Shown here in pieces: positions 8,414 through 18,271 of a stretch of DNA of 47,731 nucleotides. Position numbers and translations under genes: made by a program. The DNA comes from an uncultured Flavobacteriaceae bacterium (GTDB taxonomy: Bacteria > Bacteroidota > Bacteroidia > Flavobacteriales > Flavobacteriaceae): positions 1 through 47,731 of the forward strand of contig CAYTSL010000001.1 of assembly GCA_964440415.1 (NCBI GenBank), in the 5' to 3' direction. Within the stretch, counting starts at the first letter, position 1. Every line of letters starts with the position of its first letter. The notes under the pieces are model-generated. The model was not told the origin of the DNA and did not search any database. It saw only the letters and a program-made list of their open reading frames with translations.

Positions 8414-9907
8414 TTATGATTTGGGGATGATTATTGTTTGAATGGCTTGACCACTTATTTGTACATCTGTATTACTTTCATTTAATGTCAAGCTAAAGTT
8501 TTTAGCTTCAGAATCCTGATTAAAAACAACAACTGCAATGGAACCATCTGTGTTTTTTGCTGCCGTTACCATTAAATGTTTATCCGGATTTTCAAATCCA
8601 ATACGCTCTGCTCCAGGTCTTATAAATTTGCTAAAATGAGCCATTGTATAGTAAAGAGGTGTTAAATATACCTCGTCTTTTTCAGGATCAACTATTACAG
8701 GTGCAACACACCAATTTTCAAACCAATTTGGTCCACCTTTAGTGTCAAGTACCATATTCCAATCTACCCAACCATCTACCCAATTATTCAAGCAGCCAAT
8801 AATATCTCTTGCATAGCGATTTACTGGTGCGTATTTAGGATGCAAATACTTGTCTTTGTCTGGTGCCCAATCCCAACCCCAATCTGTTGCTTCTTTAGAC
8901 CAATACCATTTATCATCTTGCCATTTAGGGATTTCCGAATCAACACATGCTTCTGCTTGGATAAGAAGTTTATTAGGAGCTTTTTCATGAGCATATTGTA
9001 ATGTTTCAGGCATCCAATCGTTAGTGCTCGCGTACCAATGAATAGCTGTGCCATCAAAATATTTTGAAGTTTCCTCATTTTTATACATTTCATCTACCCA
9101 GTCTTTTAAGTGATCACGATTTTGGTCGTATCCTAAAATTTTTAGATCACCTTTTCCATCTGCTTCGAGTTTAGGTCCTAAATGATTCATTACAAAATCA
9201 TTCTGTTCTTCAGCAGTAAAATGCATACTCTCCCAGTTGTTTCCATTTCCAAGTGGTTCGTTCTCTACAGTGAAACCCCAAATATCTATTCCTTCAGCCT
9301 TATAAGCGTCTACATATTTAGAGAAGAATAATGCCCAAGTATCATAATATTCTGGAAGTAATTTACCACCAACCCATTTATTGTTATCTTTCATCCAAGG
9401 AGCTGCTGTCCATGGTGAACCAAAGATTTTAAATCCATCTTCAGAAGCAGCCATTGCATCTTTAATCATAGGAATTAAATCGTCTTGGTCTTCCTTGATA
9501 GAAAAATGTTTTAACTCTTTATCTCCTTCAACAGGACTGTAAGAGTAGTTACTTAATGAAAAGTCACAAGAATTCATGTGAGTTCTAGTTAGGGAATAGT
9601 TAGCTCCATCTTTACTAAAATATGCATCAATAACTTTTTTACGATTCTCTTTGCTTATTTTGTTCAATAAATAAGCTGAAGATTCTGTAAAAGCGCCACC
9701 AAATCCTGTTATTGTTTGAAATTTTTCTTCTGGTAATAATTTTATAGTTGCAGGGCTATTTCCTTTAGAAAAATTAGCTATTTTTTTAAGCTTATTACCA
9801 TTGGCAGACGTTTCATAGACATCAACAATCAAAGGATCCGGTTTTTTATCGCAGCTTAACATAACCAAAAAGGAAAAAAAATAAAGATAATATTTGAGCG
9901 AATTCAT
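8414..9907 (-). CDS. GH30-family glycoside hydrolase lipoprotein (likely beta-1,6-glucan acting)
   Basis: 497 aa with a lipoprotein signal (VMLSC). GH30 landmarks: GFGGAFTES, GSPWTAAPWMK, TVENEP (acid/base), LIQAEAC. The specificity is inferred from laminarin-locus context only. Confidence 0.85.
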   Translation of the reverse strand: MNSLKYYLYFFSFLVMLSCDKKPDPLIVDVYETSANGNKLKKIANFSKGNSPATIKLLPEEKFQTITGFGGAFTESSAYLLNKISKENRKKVIDAYFSKDGANYSLTRTHMNSCDFSLSNYSYSPVEGDKELKHFSIKEDQDDLIPMIKDAMAASEDGFKIFGSPWTAAPWMKDNNKWVGGKLLPEYYDTWALFFSKYVDAYKAEGIDIWGFTVENEPLGNGNNWESMHFTAEEQNDFVMNHLGPKLEADGKGDLKILGYDQNRDHLKDWVDEMYKNEETSKYFDGTAIHWYASTNDWMPETLQYAHEKAPNKLLIQAEACVDSEIPKWQDDKWYWSKEATDWGWDWAPDKDKYLHPKYAPVNRYARDIIGCLNNWVDGWVDWNMVLDTKGGPNWFENWCVAPVIVDPEKDEVYLTPLYYTMAHFSKFIRPGAERIGFENPDKHLMVTAAKNTDGSIAVVVFNQDSEAKNFSLTLNESNTDVQISGQAIQTIIIPKS

Positions 9908-9949
9908 ATTCGATAAAACTTATTTAAGGTTTTTAATTTATCTATATTA

Positions 9950-9985
9950 TAACAAACTAACGGCTAGATTAATATTTGCCGTTAG
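9950..9985 (-). terminator. Putative rho-independent terminator/attenuator after the 897-aa gene
   Basis: The minus strand reads CTAACGGC-N13-GCCGTTAG followed by TTTGTTAT. It sits 18 nt downstream of the stop at 10003. Confidence 0.5.
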
Positions 9986-10002
9986 CTTGTTGTATTTATA
10001 TA

Positions 10003-12696
10003 TTATGGATTAAGAGTTACAGAAACATTATCAATATTAGCTGATACACTGCATCCTGAAGCACCTCCACAAACTGTTTCAATTAGGAATGAAATTCCAC
10101 CAGAAACATCTATTCCTCCTGGTATTGTAAAAGTTCCTGTAAATGTCGTCCAAGAGCCAGCTAAAGTAGGAGCTGGAAAAACATGTGTAAAGGAAGCGCC
10201 GTCAGCAGCACCTTCTCCAAAAAGGAGCACATTAAATACACCACCTTCGCCTGCAACTCCACCTATATGGTCAAATTTAACTTGAACAACATCACCTGCT
10301 GCAACTGTACCACCACCAATGCTTTCTTGCTTAAATGCAGGATTACTTGGTCCACCGGTTGCAATTTTACCAGACCAGGAACCACCATTATTGATTGTAT
10401 TATCCAATGCTACTGTCCCACCATTTGGAAATAATAACCATCCTGTATCATCGCCTGTTTCAAAATCACCATTAGTAGCAAGGTTACCACCAGTACCACC
10501 GCCTCCGCCACCGCCGCAATCTACACAGAAAAGAGATACATTATCTATAACTACAACGCCTGTATCTGCTCCCATATCGAATATAACACGACTATTTGCG
10601 CCTCCAAAATCTGCTGATGAAAGCGTTAGAGTAAAGGTTTGTGTTGTGCTTGTTAAGTTAACAGTTTCTGTATCGTTGTCCCATGGATCCTCATTTAAAC
10701 CAATACCTGCTACCATTGTACGATTACCATCTGATGAAGCTTCAAACTTAAGCGTATAGGTTTCTCCCTGTGTTATGGCAACAACTTGACTCAAATTTAC
10801 ATCGAAAGGTTGACCAGCTGTTGTAACATTAGCAAAATTGAAAGAATTATCACCTTCTGTCTGTACATCAAGGGCATTACCACTCCAGGCTTCGGTGCCA
10901 TTTTCAAAGTCACCATTGGTTAAAAGGCCGTCATCAAAAGAGCCGCCACCGCCGCCACCTGATCCATACAAGGATAAGTCATCAAAATAATACGTATCTG
11001 TATTGTCTGCGTTCAAATCAAAGAAAATAACAATCTTATTGAACTTATCACTGTCTGCGCTTGTGAAAGGAAATGTTAACTCTTCCCATGCACCAGTTAC
11101 TGAAGTTGTTAAAAATTGTTCAACAAAATTCCCTGGCGTTCCAATCTCTTCCAGTTTAATTCTAACTTCTGTATTTGCTATTCCAGACCATACTTTTATT
11201 TTTAATCCTTCATTAGCATTAAAATCTAATTTTGCATCTAGATCTATTTGGTTATTATCCCAAGGGTTGTTTCCTAGTTTTGTGATTTTACCTACTTTAC
11301 ACGACTTGTTTACATCGTTATCAAAATCTGGATTATCTATCCATTCAAAATCTCCACCATCTTCAATGATACTTGCTGTTGGATCTGACATAAATGTTAA
11401 GTTAAAATCTGCTCCAGCAAGGGACTGCATTGTTTCAGCTTCACAAGGATCTGCTACGTCTCCTGCATCTTGCTCTATATCGTCAATATAGAATGTTCCA
11501 GCCGCTGTTCCAGGGCCATCAACAAATATTATCATGTCATTGTATGATGCCGTTGATATGAAGGTAAAGGTCAGCTCTTCCCAACCAGAACCCGTATGGT
11601 TTACATCCACCTCTACAGGTGCTTCTGTGCCATCTTCTAGCTTCAACTTTATAGGTAAAGCTTGGTCTGAAAACAATTTAAGTTTAATACCTTTATCTGT
11701 TGTAAAATCTATTGGTGTATCTAAATTAAAAAATGCATTTTCCCAATTTTCTCCAACATTGGTCATTTTTCCAACTTTTGATGGGTCACTATTAATTCCT
11801 GATAATTCTGGATTATCAACTACTTCAAAAGAAACATTACCCACAATTTTAGCAACATAATCGATACCATTACAATCGAAATTTATTGGCAATTCCAGAT
11901 CGGTTTCTAAACAAGGTATATCTGTTGTAGCAATTTGAGATATATCATCTAAATAGAACGTTCCTGAAGTTGTTCCAGGACCATCCACAAACATTGTGAA
12001 TCTTGAATAACTTCCTGCGGAATCAAACGTAAAATATATCTCTTCCCAACCAGAACCTCCATGGCTTGTCGTGGCTTCTATTGGAGCGCCAGTACCTTCT
12101 TCTAATTTTAGTAACAAATCAATTGGTGTGTCCGACCAAAAGTTAGCTTTTATTGACTTGTTTATAGATAAATCTATTGGTGATCCTAAATCTAGATAAA
12201 AACCTTCAAATTGCGCACCTATGTTAGTGATAGCTCCTACTTTAGAGGCGCTTGTGTTTGACCCTGAAAGATCTGGATTATCAACTATTTCAAAAGAGGC
12301 TCCTTCAAAGGTTTCAGCACCGTAACTTGTATTTTCACCATCAAAAGTAATTGGCAAGGTCGCTATTTCAGGTATTAAAATTGTTATTTCATCTTGAAAC
12401 GTATCTGAAGCTCCTGCAACATTTTTCGCGTTCATGGTTATAGTATAAGTTCCGTTAGTATAAACCTTTACTGGGTTTATTAAAGTAGAAGAGCTTCCGT
12501 CTCCCAAATCCCATTCATAATTTGTTGCATTCTCTGATATATTTATAAATGTAACAGTCCCTGTATCAATATTTAAAGTATAAGTAAAACCGGCAATAAC
12601 GTTTGGTAATAGTGTATCATCATCCTCACACCCAGTTAAGGAAATTGCTAAAATCATAATCGACATTAGCTTAAAATTTCTAATTAATTGTTTCAT
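10003..12696 (-). CDS. Multimodular surface lipoprotein: PKD domain + three ~150-aa glucan-binding-like modules + two CBM4/9-like modules joined by poly-Gly linkers
   Basis: 897 aa with a lipoprotein signal and an acidic tail (LTGCEDDD). PKD motif: YEWDLGDGSSS...YTITMNAKNVAGASD. There are three repeats of the pattern LPI(T/N)FD...F(E)(I/V)VDNP(D/E)LSG.N.S..KVG..TN...W.....L..PID......I....WS.....(I/L)..KLE.......E.......GWEE..F.F......(Y/F)..(I/M).(I/F)F(V/F)D. There are two GDFE(N/T)G modules, and G6/G7 linkers. Confidence 0.8.
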   Translation of the reverse strand: MKQLIRNFKLMSIMILAISLTGCEDDDTLLPNVIAGFTYTLNIDTGTVTFINISENATNYEWDLGDGSSSTLINPVKVYTNGTYTITMNAKNVAGASDTFQDEITILIPEIATLPITFDGENTSYGAETFEGASFEIVDNPDLSGSNTSASKVGAITNIGAQFEGFYLDLGSPIDLSINKSIKANFWSDTPIDLLLKLEEGTGAPIEATTSHGGSGWEEIYFTFDSAGSYSRFTMFVDGPGTTSGTFYLDDISQIATTDIPCLETDLELPINFDCNGIDYVAKIVGNVSFEVVDNPELSGINSDPSKVGKMTNVGENWENAFFNLDTPIDFTTDKGIKLKLFSDQALPIKLKLEDGTEAPVEVDVNHTGSGWEELTFTFISTASYNDMIIFVDGPGTAAGTFYIDDIEQDAGDVADPCEAETMQSLAGADFNLTFMSDPTASIIEDGGDFEWIDNPDFDNDVNKSCKVGKITKLGNNPWDNNQIDLDAKLDFNANEGLKIKVWSGIANTEVRIKLEEIGTPGNFVEQFLTTSVTGAWEELTFPFTSADSDKFNKIVIFFDLNADNTDTYYFDDLSLYGSGGGGGGSFDDGLLTNGDFENGTEAWSGNALDVQTEGDNSFNFANVTTAGQPFDVNLSQVVAITQGETYTLKFEASSDGNRTMVAGIGLNEDPWDNDTETVNLTSTTQTFTLTLSSADFGGANSRVIFDMGADTGVVVIDNVSLFCVDCGGGGGGGTGGNLATNGDFETGDDTGWLLFPNGGTVALDNTINNGGSWSGKIATGGPSNPAFKQESIGGGTVAAGDVVQVKFDHIGGVAGEGGVFNVLLFGEGAADGASFTHVFPAPTLAGSWTTFTGTFTIPGGIDVSGGISFLIETVCGGASGCSVSANIDNVSVTLNP

Positions 12697-12710
12697 AGTC
12701 CTTTTTATTA

Positions 12711-13601
12711 TTAGTTGTCAAAATTATTTTTATATACTCTTACATAATCTACTAGCATGCTTTGTGGAAAACTTGCATCTGCATCTGGAGTGCCTGGAAA
12801 AGCACCACCAACAGCCAAATTGATAATAATATAGAAAGGCTTATTAAAAACCCATTCTCCTAAAGCACCTGTACCATCGTCTGGTGTTATTTCAAGATCA
12901 GAAGGTGTGATTTGGTTATACAATACATCATCTACATAGTAATTGATATAATCAGGTCCCCATTCAATGCCAAAAATGTGAAAACCAGCATCAAAACGAT
13001 CATTTCCTAAATCATAACTTTTTGTAATCTGACCTTGAGGATCCGTTAGACCAGAATAACCAGGACCATGAACCGTTCCGCTTACGCTTGTTGGTTCTTG
13101 TCTGCGATATTCCATAACGTCTATTTCTCCGCATAGTGGCCAACCAACTTCTTCACAATCTGCTCCTAACAGCCAAAACGCTGGCCAAAGACCTGATCCT
13201 TCTGGCACTCTAATACGTGCTTCAAAACGGCCATAAGCCTGTTCGAATTTATCTCTTGTTAATAGTTTTGCAGAAGTATAAGAAGACCCATTAAACTGCT
13301 CTTCTTGAGCCGTTATTAATAATATTCCGTTTTGTACTGTTACATTTTCAGAACGATCTGTATAGTATTGCAACTCGTTATTACCCCAGCCATTAACTCC
13401 CGTGCCTATATCGTAACCCCAATTGGCAGGATTAGGAGACCCTTCAACATCAAACTCATCTTGCCATACTAAATCTGTAAATTCAGCAATGGTTTGTGTA
13501 TCATCTGTTGCACAGCTAGAAATAACTAAAACCGCTACCACCAGAAAAGACATAAACAGTAAGGCTTTTGTTCTTATTTTATATTTTATTGTTTTGTTCA
13601 T
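12711..13601 (-). CDS. GH16 laminarinase-type endo-beta-1,3-glucanase lipoprotein
   Basis: 296 aa with a lipoprotein signal (ISSCATDD). It has the GH16 catalytic motif E-I-D-V-M-E (CGEIDVMEY), plus NELQYYT and WPAFWLLG. Confidence 0.9.
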   Translation of the reverse strand: MNKTIKYKIRTKALLFMSFLVVAVLVISSCATDDTQTIAEFTDLVWQDEFDVEGSPNPANWGYDIGTGVNGWGNNELQYYTDRSENVTVQNGILLITAQEEQFNGSSYTSAKLLTRDKFEQAYGRFEARIRVPEGSGLWPAFWLLGADCEEVGWPLCGEIDVMEYRRQEPTSVSGTVHGPGYSGLTDPQGQITKSYDLGNDRFDAGFHIFGIEWGPDYINYYVDDVLYNQITPSDLEITPDDGTGALGEWVFNKPFYIIINLAVGGAFPGTPDADASFPQSMLVDYVRVYKNNFDN

Positions 13602-13634
13602 CTTTTTATTTTTTGAATTTTATATTATTCCAAG

Positions 13635-15047
13635 TTATTCTCTATAGTAATAGACGTTATCCACAAAAATGCTGGAAATTGTAGCATCTGAAATGAAGAA
13701 TATAAGACCTAATTCATTTCTACTTACTAACCCAAAATCATCTAATGGAATATCTATACTTACCCATTCTTCAGATAATAATTCTGAACTATTTATCCTC
13801 ACTGTACCAGAGGTTTCAACATTACCGACTGAGTTAAGTAATTGTATATCTATATAGTCTCCAGAATCAACAGCTTCTTGAACATTAATATCCATATGAA
13901 TATATGTCATTAAGGTAGCATTTACAGGTGCTACGTCCAAAAACGTACCAATAGCTACAAAATTTAGTTCTGTATAACTTATTATATTATCGTTTCCAAT
14001 AAAAATATCATTTTGACCTTGTGTGGTTTGAAAACCATCCAAAAAATATCCGTTATAGTAATCTACGGGTACATTGTTATAGGCATCAGAAAAAATGGAT
14101 ATCACATCGTCTGGATCTCGGGTTGGGGGAATTGGTGCCGTTTCAAATGCTCCCAATACCGTAATATTTAATGATCCTTCTGCTTGCACCCCAGCCATAC
14201 TTGCTGTTATAGTAGCCGTACCAATAGATAACGTTGAAAGTTCACCTGCTTCTCCTACCGATATAACACTAGGTTCTGACGATGTCCAATCAAAATAACT
14301 TCCGGCAGCACTAACTGTTTGATCTAAACCTGAAGGTAAATTAAACGTCACATAAGCCGGCGTTATTTGACCTTGTGTCCCTAAAAACAGATCACCTTCA
14401 AAATCAAAACCATCGGCAATTTGTGGTCTTGGAGCTCCAAGAGTTCCTAACTTTTCAAATTGTAAGTCATCAATCCAAAAGGTATAACCAAATCCGCCAG
14501 TATCTACTGTATTTGCAGCATACTGAAGCATCCCTCTTTCTTCAATAAGTTTAGAAGGGTCTGGTATTGGAATAATATATTTAACCCAGTTTGTACTTAA
14601 AAGTATATTCTCTACATCTGCTTGATATTTATTTTCTAGAAAGTCTATACCAAAACCTATATTACCAATAGTGACACCTCGTGAAGCCTTAGCCCAAAAC
14701 GTTAAGGCATCGAATCCTGTTAAGTCGCGACCAGCACCATCTACTCTAAGTATACCACCAGCATAACCGCCTTCTGGGTCGTCTGCATTAGGCACATCAA
14801 ACCGCAAAGAGAATTCACTTTCGTAGCCGGCACCATCAAAACTCACAGCCGTTGCTTTTGAACCTGAAAAAGGAAAATAAAAGTTAGAACCAAGACCAAT
14901 AGGCGCGTCTATAAATATCTCTCCGTTATTAGAGTTGGTTGCAAACTCTACCTCATCTGATAAATCTCTTTCACAACTAACAGTTACTATAAAAATCAGT
15001 GTTAAAAAGAGAGCCGTTTTTGTATAAATAAATTTTATATTCTTCAT
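13635..15047 (-). CDS. Surface lipoprotein, candidate glycan-binding protein (CBM-like / Big_2-like Ig / CBM-like)
   Basis: 470 aa with a lipoprotein signal and an acidic tail (VSCERDLSDE). The central segment (SSEPSVISVGEAGELSTLSIGTATITASMAGVQAEGSLNITV) looks like a bacterial Ig-like group 2 domain, flanked by beta-rich modules. It starts 12 nt after the upstream 1048-aa gene. Function is inferred from context only. Confidence 0.55.
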   Translation of the reverse strand: MKNIKFIYTKTALFLTLIFIVTVSCERDLSDEVEFATNSNNGEIFIDAPIGLGSNFYFPFSGSKATAVSFDGAGYESEFSLRFDVPNADDPEGGYAGGILRVDGAGRDLTGFDALTFWAKASRGVTIGNIGFGIDFLENKYQADVENILLSTNWVKYIIPIPDPSKLIEERGMLQYAANTVDTGGFGYTFWIDDLQFEKLGTLGAPRPQIADGFDFEGDLFLGTQGQITPAYVTFNLPSGLDQTVSAAGSYFDWTSSEPSVISVGEAGELSTLSIGTATITASMAGVQAEGSLNITVLGAFETAPIPPTRDPDDVISIFSDAYNNVPVDYYNGYFLDGFQTTQGQNDIFIGNDNIISYTELNFVAIGTFLDVAPVNATLMTYIHMDINVQEAVDSGDYIDIQLLNSVGNVETSGTVRINSSELLSEEWVSIDIPLDDFGLVSRNELGLIFFISDATISSIFVDNVYYYRE

Positions 15048-15059
15048 TTTTCTAATTTT

Positions 15060-18000
15060 TTATTTACCAATATTGATATGTATGTATGTTCTAATTTCCC
15101 ATTCGTTCCCATTATCAAATCCAACGGGACTTATAATAGGTGCTGGAGCAAACTCAATTGCTTCATTAGGACTATATCGTGGTGAATATTGATCCAATGA
15201 ACGCCATGTGCCACGTATTCCAATTCTAGTATTTGGTAATATAAACCAATCTGGCTTCCCAAGACTCGTTGACAGGTCCAACATTAATTGTACGGGGTAT
15301 GTTAAGTTGAAATCACGATGATAATCAAAAGGGCCCCAATCATCAATTTTAAATGAATGAACCACTTTAATTTTATTATATATTAATCTAATGTCACCTC
15401 CAATGCGTGTAATTAATCGCTCATCGCTACCATTTGCCTGACCGTTACCTGCATACAGGTTCGCAATAATACCTAGGTCTGGACTAATTTTAGATACAAT
15501 ACGCGTATGTGCCTCCCATAGATCTTCTGCAGGGGCTGAATTAGGAAATGCGAATTGCGTACGATCAGCTAAAAAGCCAATAGCAGCATCTTGCGCTGTT
15601 GGATGATGGCGATAGATAAACCCAAGATTAAAAGCAAGCTTCGCATCTTCCTGGCGATCATTGTCCCATTCGTACATCCAAGTCCCTGGTGTAGGGTCGT
15701 ATGTAATTAATAACTCACCTGCTGTTGTTTCTCTGTTAGATCTCACAACAAATGGATCGTCTATAATGTTTCTTAGTCTTCCTGGAGCTTGCACATCGTT
15801 AGGCATTGCAGCTACAATAGGTTTTTGCCACAAGAAGTTAGGTGCAATTTGAACATTACCAAAGCTGTACGTGAACCCAGTCAAGAAATTAGTTTGGTTA
15901 CCACTTCCAGAATCCTTAAGTTTCCAACCAGTAAAGGTTCTTGTTTGATCTGCACCACCACCAGCAACCAAGCCTTGTGCAGCACCTTGTGCATACCAAT
16001 TGAATACACCTTTTTGATACGTGATTTTTGCTTTTCCTCCCCAATTATCTTCAGAATTGACTTTATCATTATAAATTATATAATTTCCTGGTGTACCTTC
16101 TGCGACTTGAAATTCTCTGCCATTTAATGGTTGGCCTCCCCAAATACCACCAAGCTCTAGTTTAAAATCTCCAAATTCTCTTTCGATATGAAGTGCCACT
16201 CTGCGGGTTTCTGGAACTGGTATGGCATAAGAACTAACCGTTTGACTTTGTTCATCAACATCATTGTGGTAAATAGCAGTCACACCATAATGGCCAAATT
16301 TTCTACTATATTTTAATAGGATCGCAGGGTTTGCTCCCCACCATAATTGTTGGCCAAAAGCTACCTTAAATCCTGTTATGGCATTCTTGCCATCAATTTC
16401 AAGACCATTAATTTCACCTTGATAGATATCTAGGTTTGGTCCATAATTTGCTTCAGGATACAATCCGAAGAAATCGCCTTCATAGCCCCAATGATAATGT
16501 CCTGTTCTATAAAATCCTCGGAGATCAAAATCTTTGGCTTTCCATTCGAATTCAGCATTATAGACTTGCACTCTATTTACGTCGGAAAGATCCACATTTC
16601 CTTGGTCGGAATTAACCGATTTAGTTCGCCCTCTATTTTCATAAAAAATTTCGTCAATTGGATTATCTGCCACATTCCCAAGAATATTGAAGTTAACATT
16701 GGCTCTCATATTTGGTGATGGATTACCTTCTACACCAAAATAGTAAGACTGCATATGATCAAAACCAAGGGCATTAGGAAATTCTCCTCCGTCTGGATCA
16801 GCTTCGTCTGGAGTCGTAATCAAGCTGCCTCCTGTATTGAATGTTGTAAATTCGGCTCTTAACTGACTGATACGAATTTTTTGACTAGAACCTCCTGTTA
16901 AGGCTGCTTTATCTCCACGTGCTCTTAGTTTAGCATCGGTCAAATCAATATTCTTAAAATGATTGCTAACAAATTCAGCATTAACACCCTCGCCATAAGG
17001 ATTTAATTGATGTGCTTCTTTTAACGCATAATAAGCCGCTCTTGGATACAGATCATAATTACCTCTAGCATCTGTTGGTCCTTTTGCACAAATACCAAAC
17101 CACTCCTCGTTCATGTTATTGTCACCTTCTTTTTCAACGTCCCTATAATAACCACCGTTTGACCATGATGCATTGTTATCATGAAGGTCCGCGTTTTTCC
17201 TGTCATCAAATCCATATTTCCACCATCCATCACTAAATTGAAATGTAAATCCTCCTAATGAATTTTCTGCTTTTCCTAAACCAGCCGCATTTTCATAGAT
17301 CTCTTTCCAGTTTTCAACCATATAAAAGGCTTGAGACTCTTGATCTTCCGCATTGTTCACTGCATTGAAGGCATCTGCTCCAAACTCAGTAAACATAATT
17401 GGCTTATTAAGTTTATCCTTAACCACCTGAAACATATCACCAAAAGAAACACCACGATATACATTAGTACCATATATGTCGATATCTGGACATTCTTCAG
17501 CTATTATATCAATAAACAAAACATCACCATTACACATGGCTACCGGGTGAGAAGAATCTGCAGCCTTGATTTTTTTAGCAGCCTCATTCATTAGCTTATA
17601 CATAGGTCTTCCACGTGATTCCCCTATAAATGCTCGTTCCTCTTCTGCATCTGGAAAATCTTCTGTTTCAGCTCCTTGCCAGAAAAGACCATAGTTATTT
17701 TCATTACCTAGCAAATACAACAACAGACCTGGTGTATTTTTATATCCTTTTACCAACTCATCCACTTCTGACATTAAGAATTCTTGGGTACGCGCATCAG
17801 AGTAATCGGTAATAGGAGTCCAAACACCATTTAAGGTTAATCCATATCGTCCAAACGAATGATTTAGCATGGTATAAATGCCATAGTTTTCGTAGATATA
17901 CTTTATCCATTTTGCAGGCACGCCTGTATATTGACGTATAACATTGACTCCCATATTCCTGAGTAACCCCATTTCTGCATCAAGTCCTGATTTAATCACA

Positions 18001-18206
18001 TCATCTGACTTCTTCCAAAAATTAGCATTCACCGTATTTGTCCCAATAGGTATATAATCCCAGTTCATACCATTCATCATGAAATCCTTTCCGTTCACTA
18101 CTAGTTTAGTTCCAGAATCATTTGTTTCAACAGATACTTTATCAGCCTGGGCAAAAACACCAATTGAAAGTAAAAATAGAACTAGTCTAAGAAATTTGTT
18201 TTTCAT
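15060..18206 (-). CDS. Exported fusion protein: N-terminal clan GH-A TIM-barrel glycosidase (GH158/GH2-like) + ~600-aa C-terminal putative outer-membrane beta-barrel
   Basis: 1048 aa with a type-I signal peptide (IGVFAQA/DK). N-terminal domain motifs: LVVNGKDFMMNGMNW, LLGNENNYG, IMFTEFGADAF, FQFSDGWWKYG. This domain is paralogous to the 332-aa ORF at 18437..19435. From about residue 440 there are many amphipathic alternating strands rich in Gly and aromatics (see findings). The coding call is secure; the domain interpretation is moderate. Confidence 0.6.
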   Translation of the reverse strand: MKNKFLRLVLFLLSIGVFAQADKVSVETNDSGTKLVVNGKDFMMNGMNWDYIPIGTNTVNANFWKKSDDVIKSGLDAEMGLLRNMGVNVIRQYTGVPAKWIKYIYENYGIYTMLNHSFGRYGLTLNGVWTPITDYSDARTQEFLMSEVDELVKGYKNTPGLLLYLLGNENNYGLFWQGAETEDFPDAEEERAFIGESRGRPMYKLMNEAAKKIKAADSSHPVAMCNGDVLFIDIIAEECPDIDIYGTNVYRGVSFGDMFQVVKDKLNKPIMFTEFGADAFNAVNNAEDQESQAFYMVENWKEIYENAAGLGKAENSLGGFTFQFSDGWWKYGFDDRKNADLHDNNASWSNGGYYRDVEKEGDNNMNEEWFGICAKGPTDARGNYDLYPRAAYYALKEAHQLNPYGEGVNAEFVSNHFKNIDLTDAKLRARGDKAALTGGSSQKIRISQLRAEFTTFNTGGSLITTPDEADPDGGEFPNALGFDHMQSYYFGVEGNPSPNMRANVNFNILGNVADNPIDEIFYENRGRTKSVNSDQGNVDLSDVNRVQVYNAEFEWKAKDFDLRGFYRTGHYHWGYEGDFFGLYPEANYGPNLDIYQGEINGLEIDGKNAITGFKVAFGQQLWWGANPAILLKYSRKFGHYGVTAIYHNDVDEQSQTVSSYAIPVPETRRVALHIEREFGDFKLELGGIWGGQPLNGREFQVAEGTPGNYIIYNDKVNSEDNWGGKAKITYQKGVFNWYAQGAAQGLVAGGGADQTRTFTGWKLKDSGSGNQTNFLTGFTYSFGNVQIAPNFLWQKPIVAAMPNDVQAPGRLRNIIDDPFVVRSNRETTAGELLITYDPTPGTWMYEWDNDRQEDAKLAFNLGFIYRHHPTAQDAAIGFLADRTQFAFPNSAPAEDLWEAHTRIVSKISPDLGIIANLYAGNGQANGSDERLITRIGGDIRLIYNKIKVVHSFKIDDWGPFDYHRDFNLTYPVQLMLDLSTSLGKPDWFILPNTRIGIRGTWRSLDQYSPRYSPNEAIEFAPAPIISPVGFDNGNEWEIRTYIHINIGK

Positions 18207-18271
18207 AGTATTGTTAGTTTAAGTTTATCCATAATTATTAAAATAATAAGTTATCAATTTAGTATATGATC

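Noticed and set aside
10490-10525. GC-rich CCACC/GCCGCC run in otherwise AT-rich DNA (with a second run around 10935-10965), considered as a possible inserted element or G-quadruplex
   Set aside because: Both runs are in frame and encode the G7 and G6 linkers of the 897-aa protein. They are simple codon repeats, not foreign DNA.
10183-11860. Plus-strand ORFs of 83-162 aa (10183..10434, 10319..10759, 11003..11491, 11534..11860)
   Set aside because: They are antisense shadows of the 897-aa lipoprotein gene. Their Ser/Pro/Val-rich translations are what is expected opposite Gly/Thr/Asp/Glu-rich codons. They have no independent signals.
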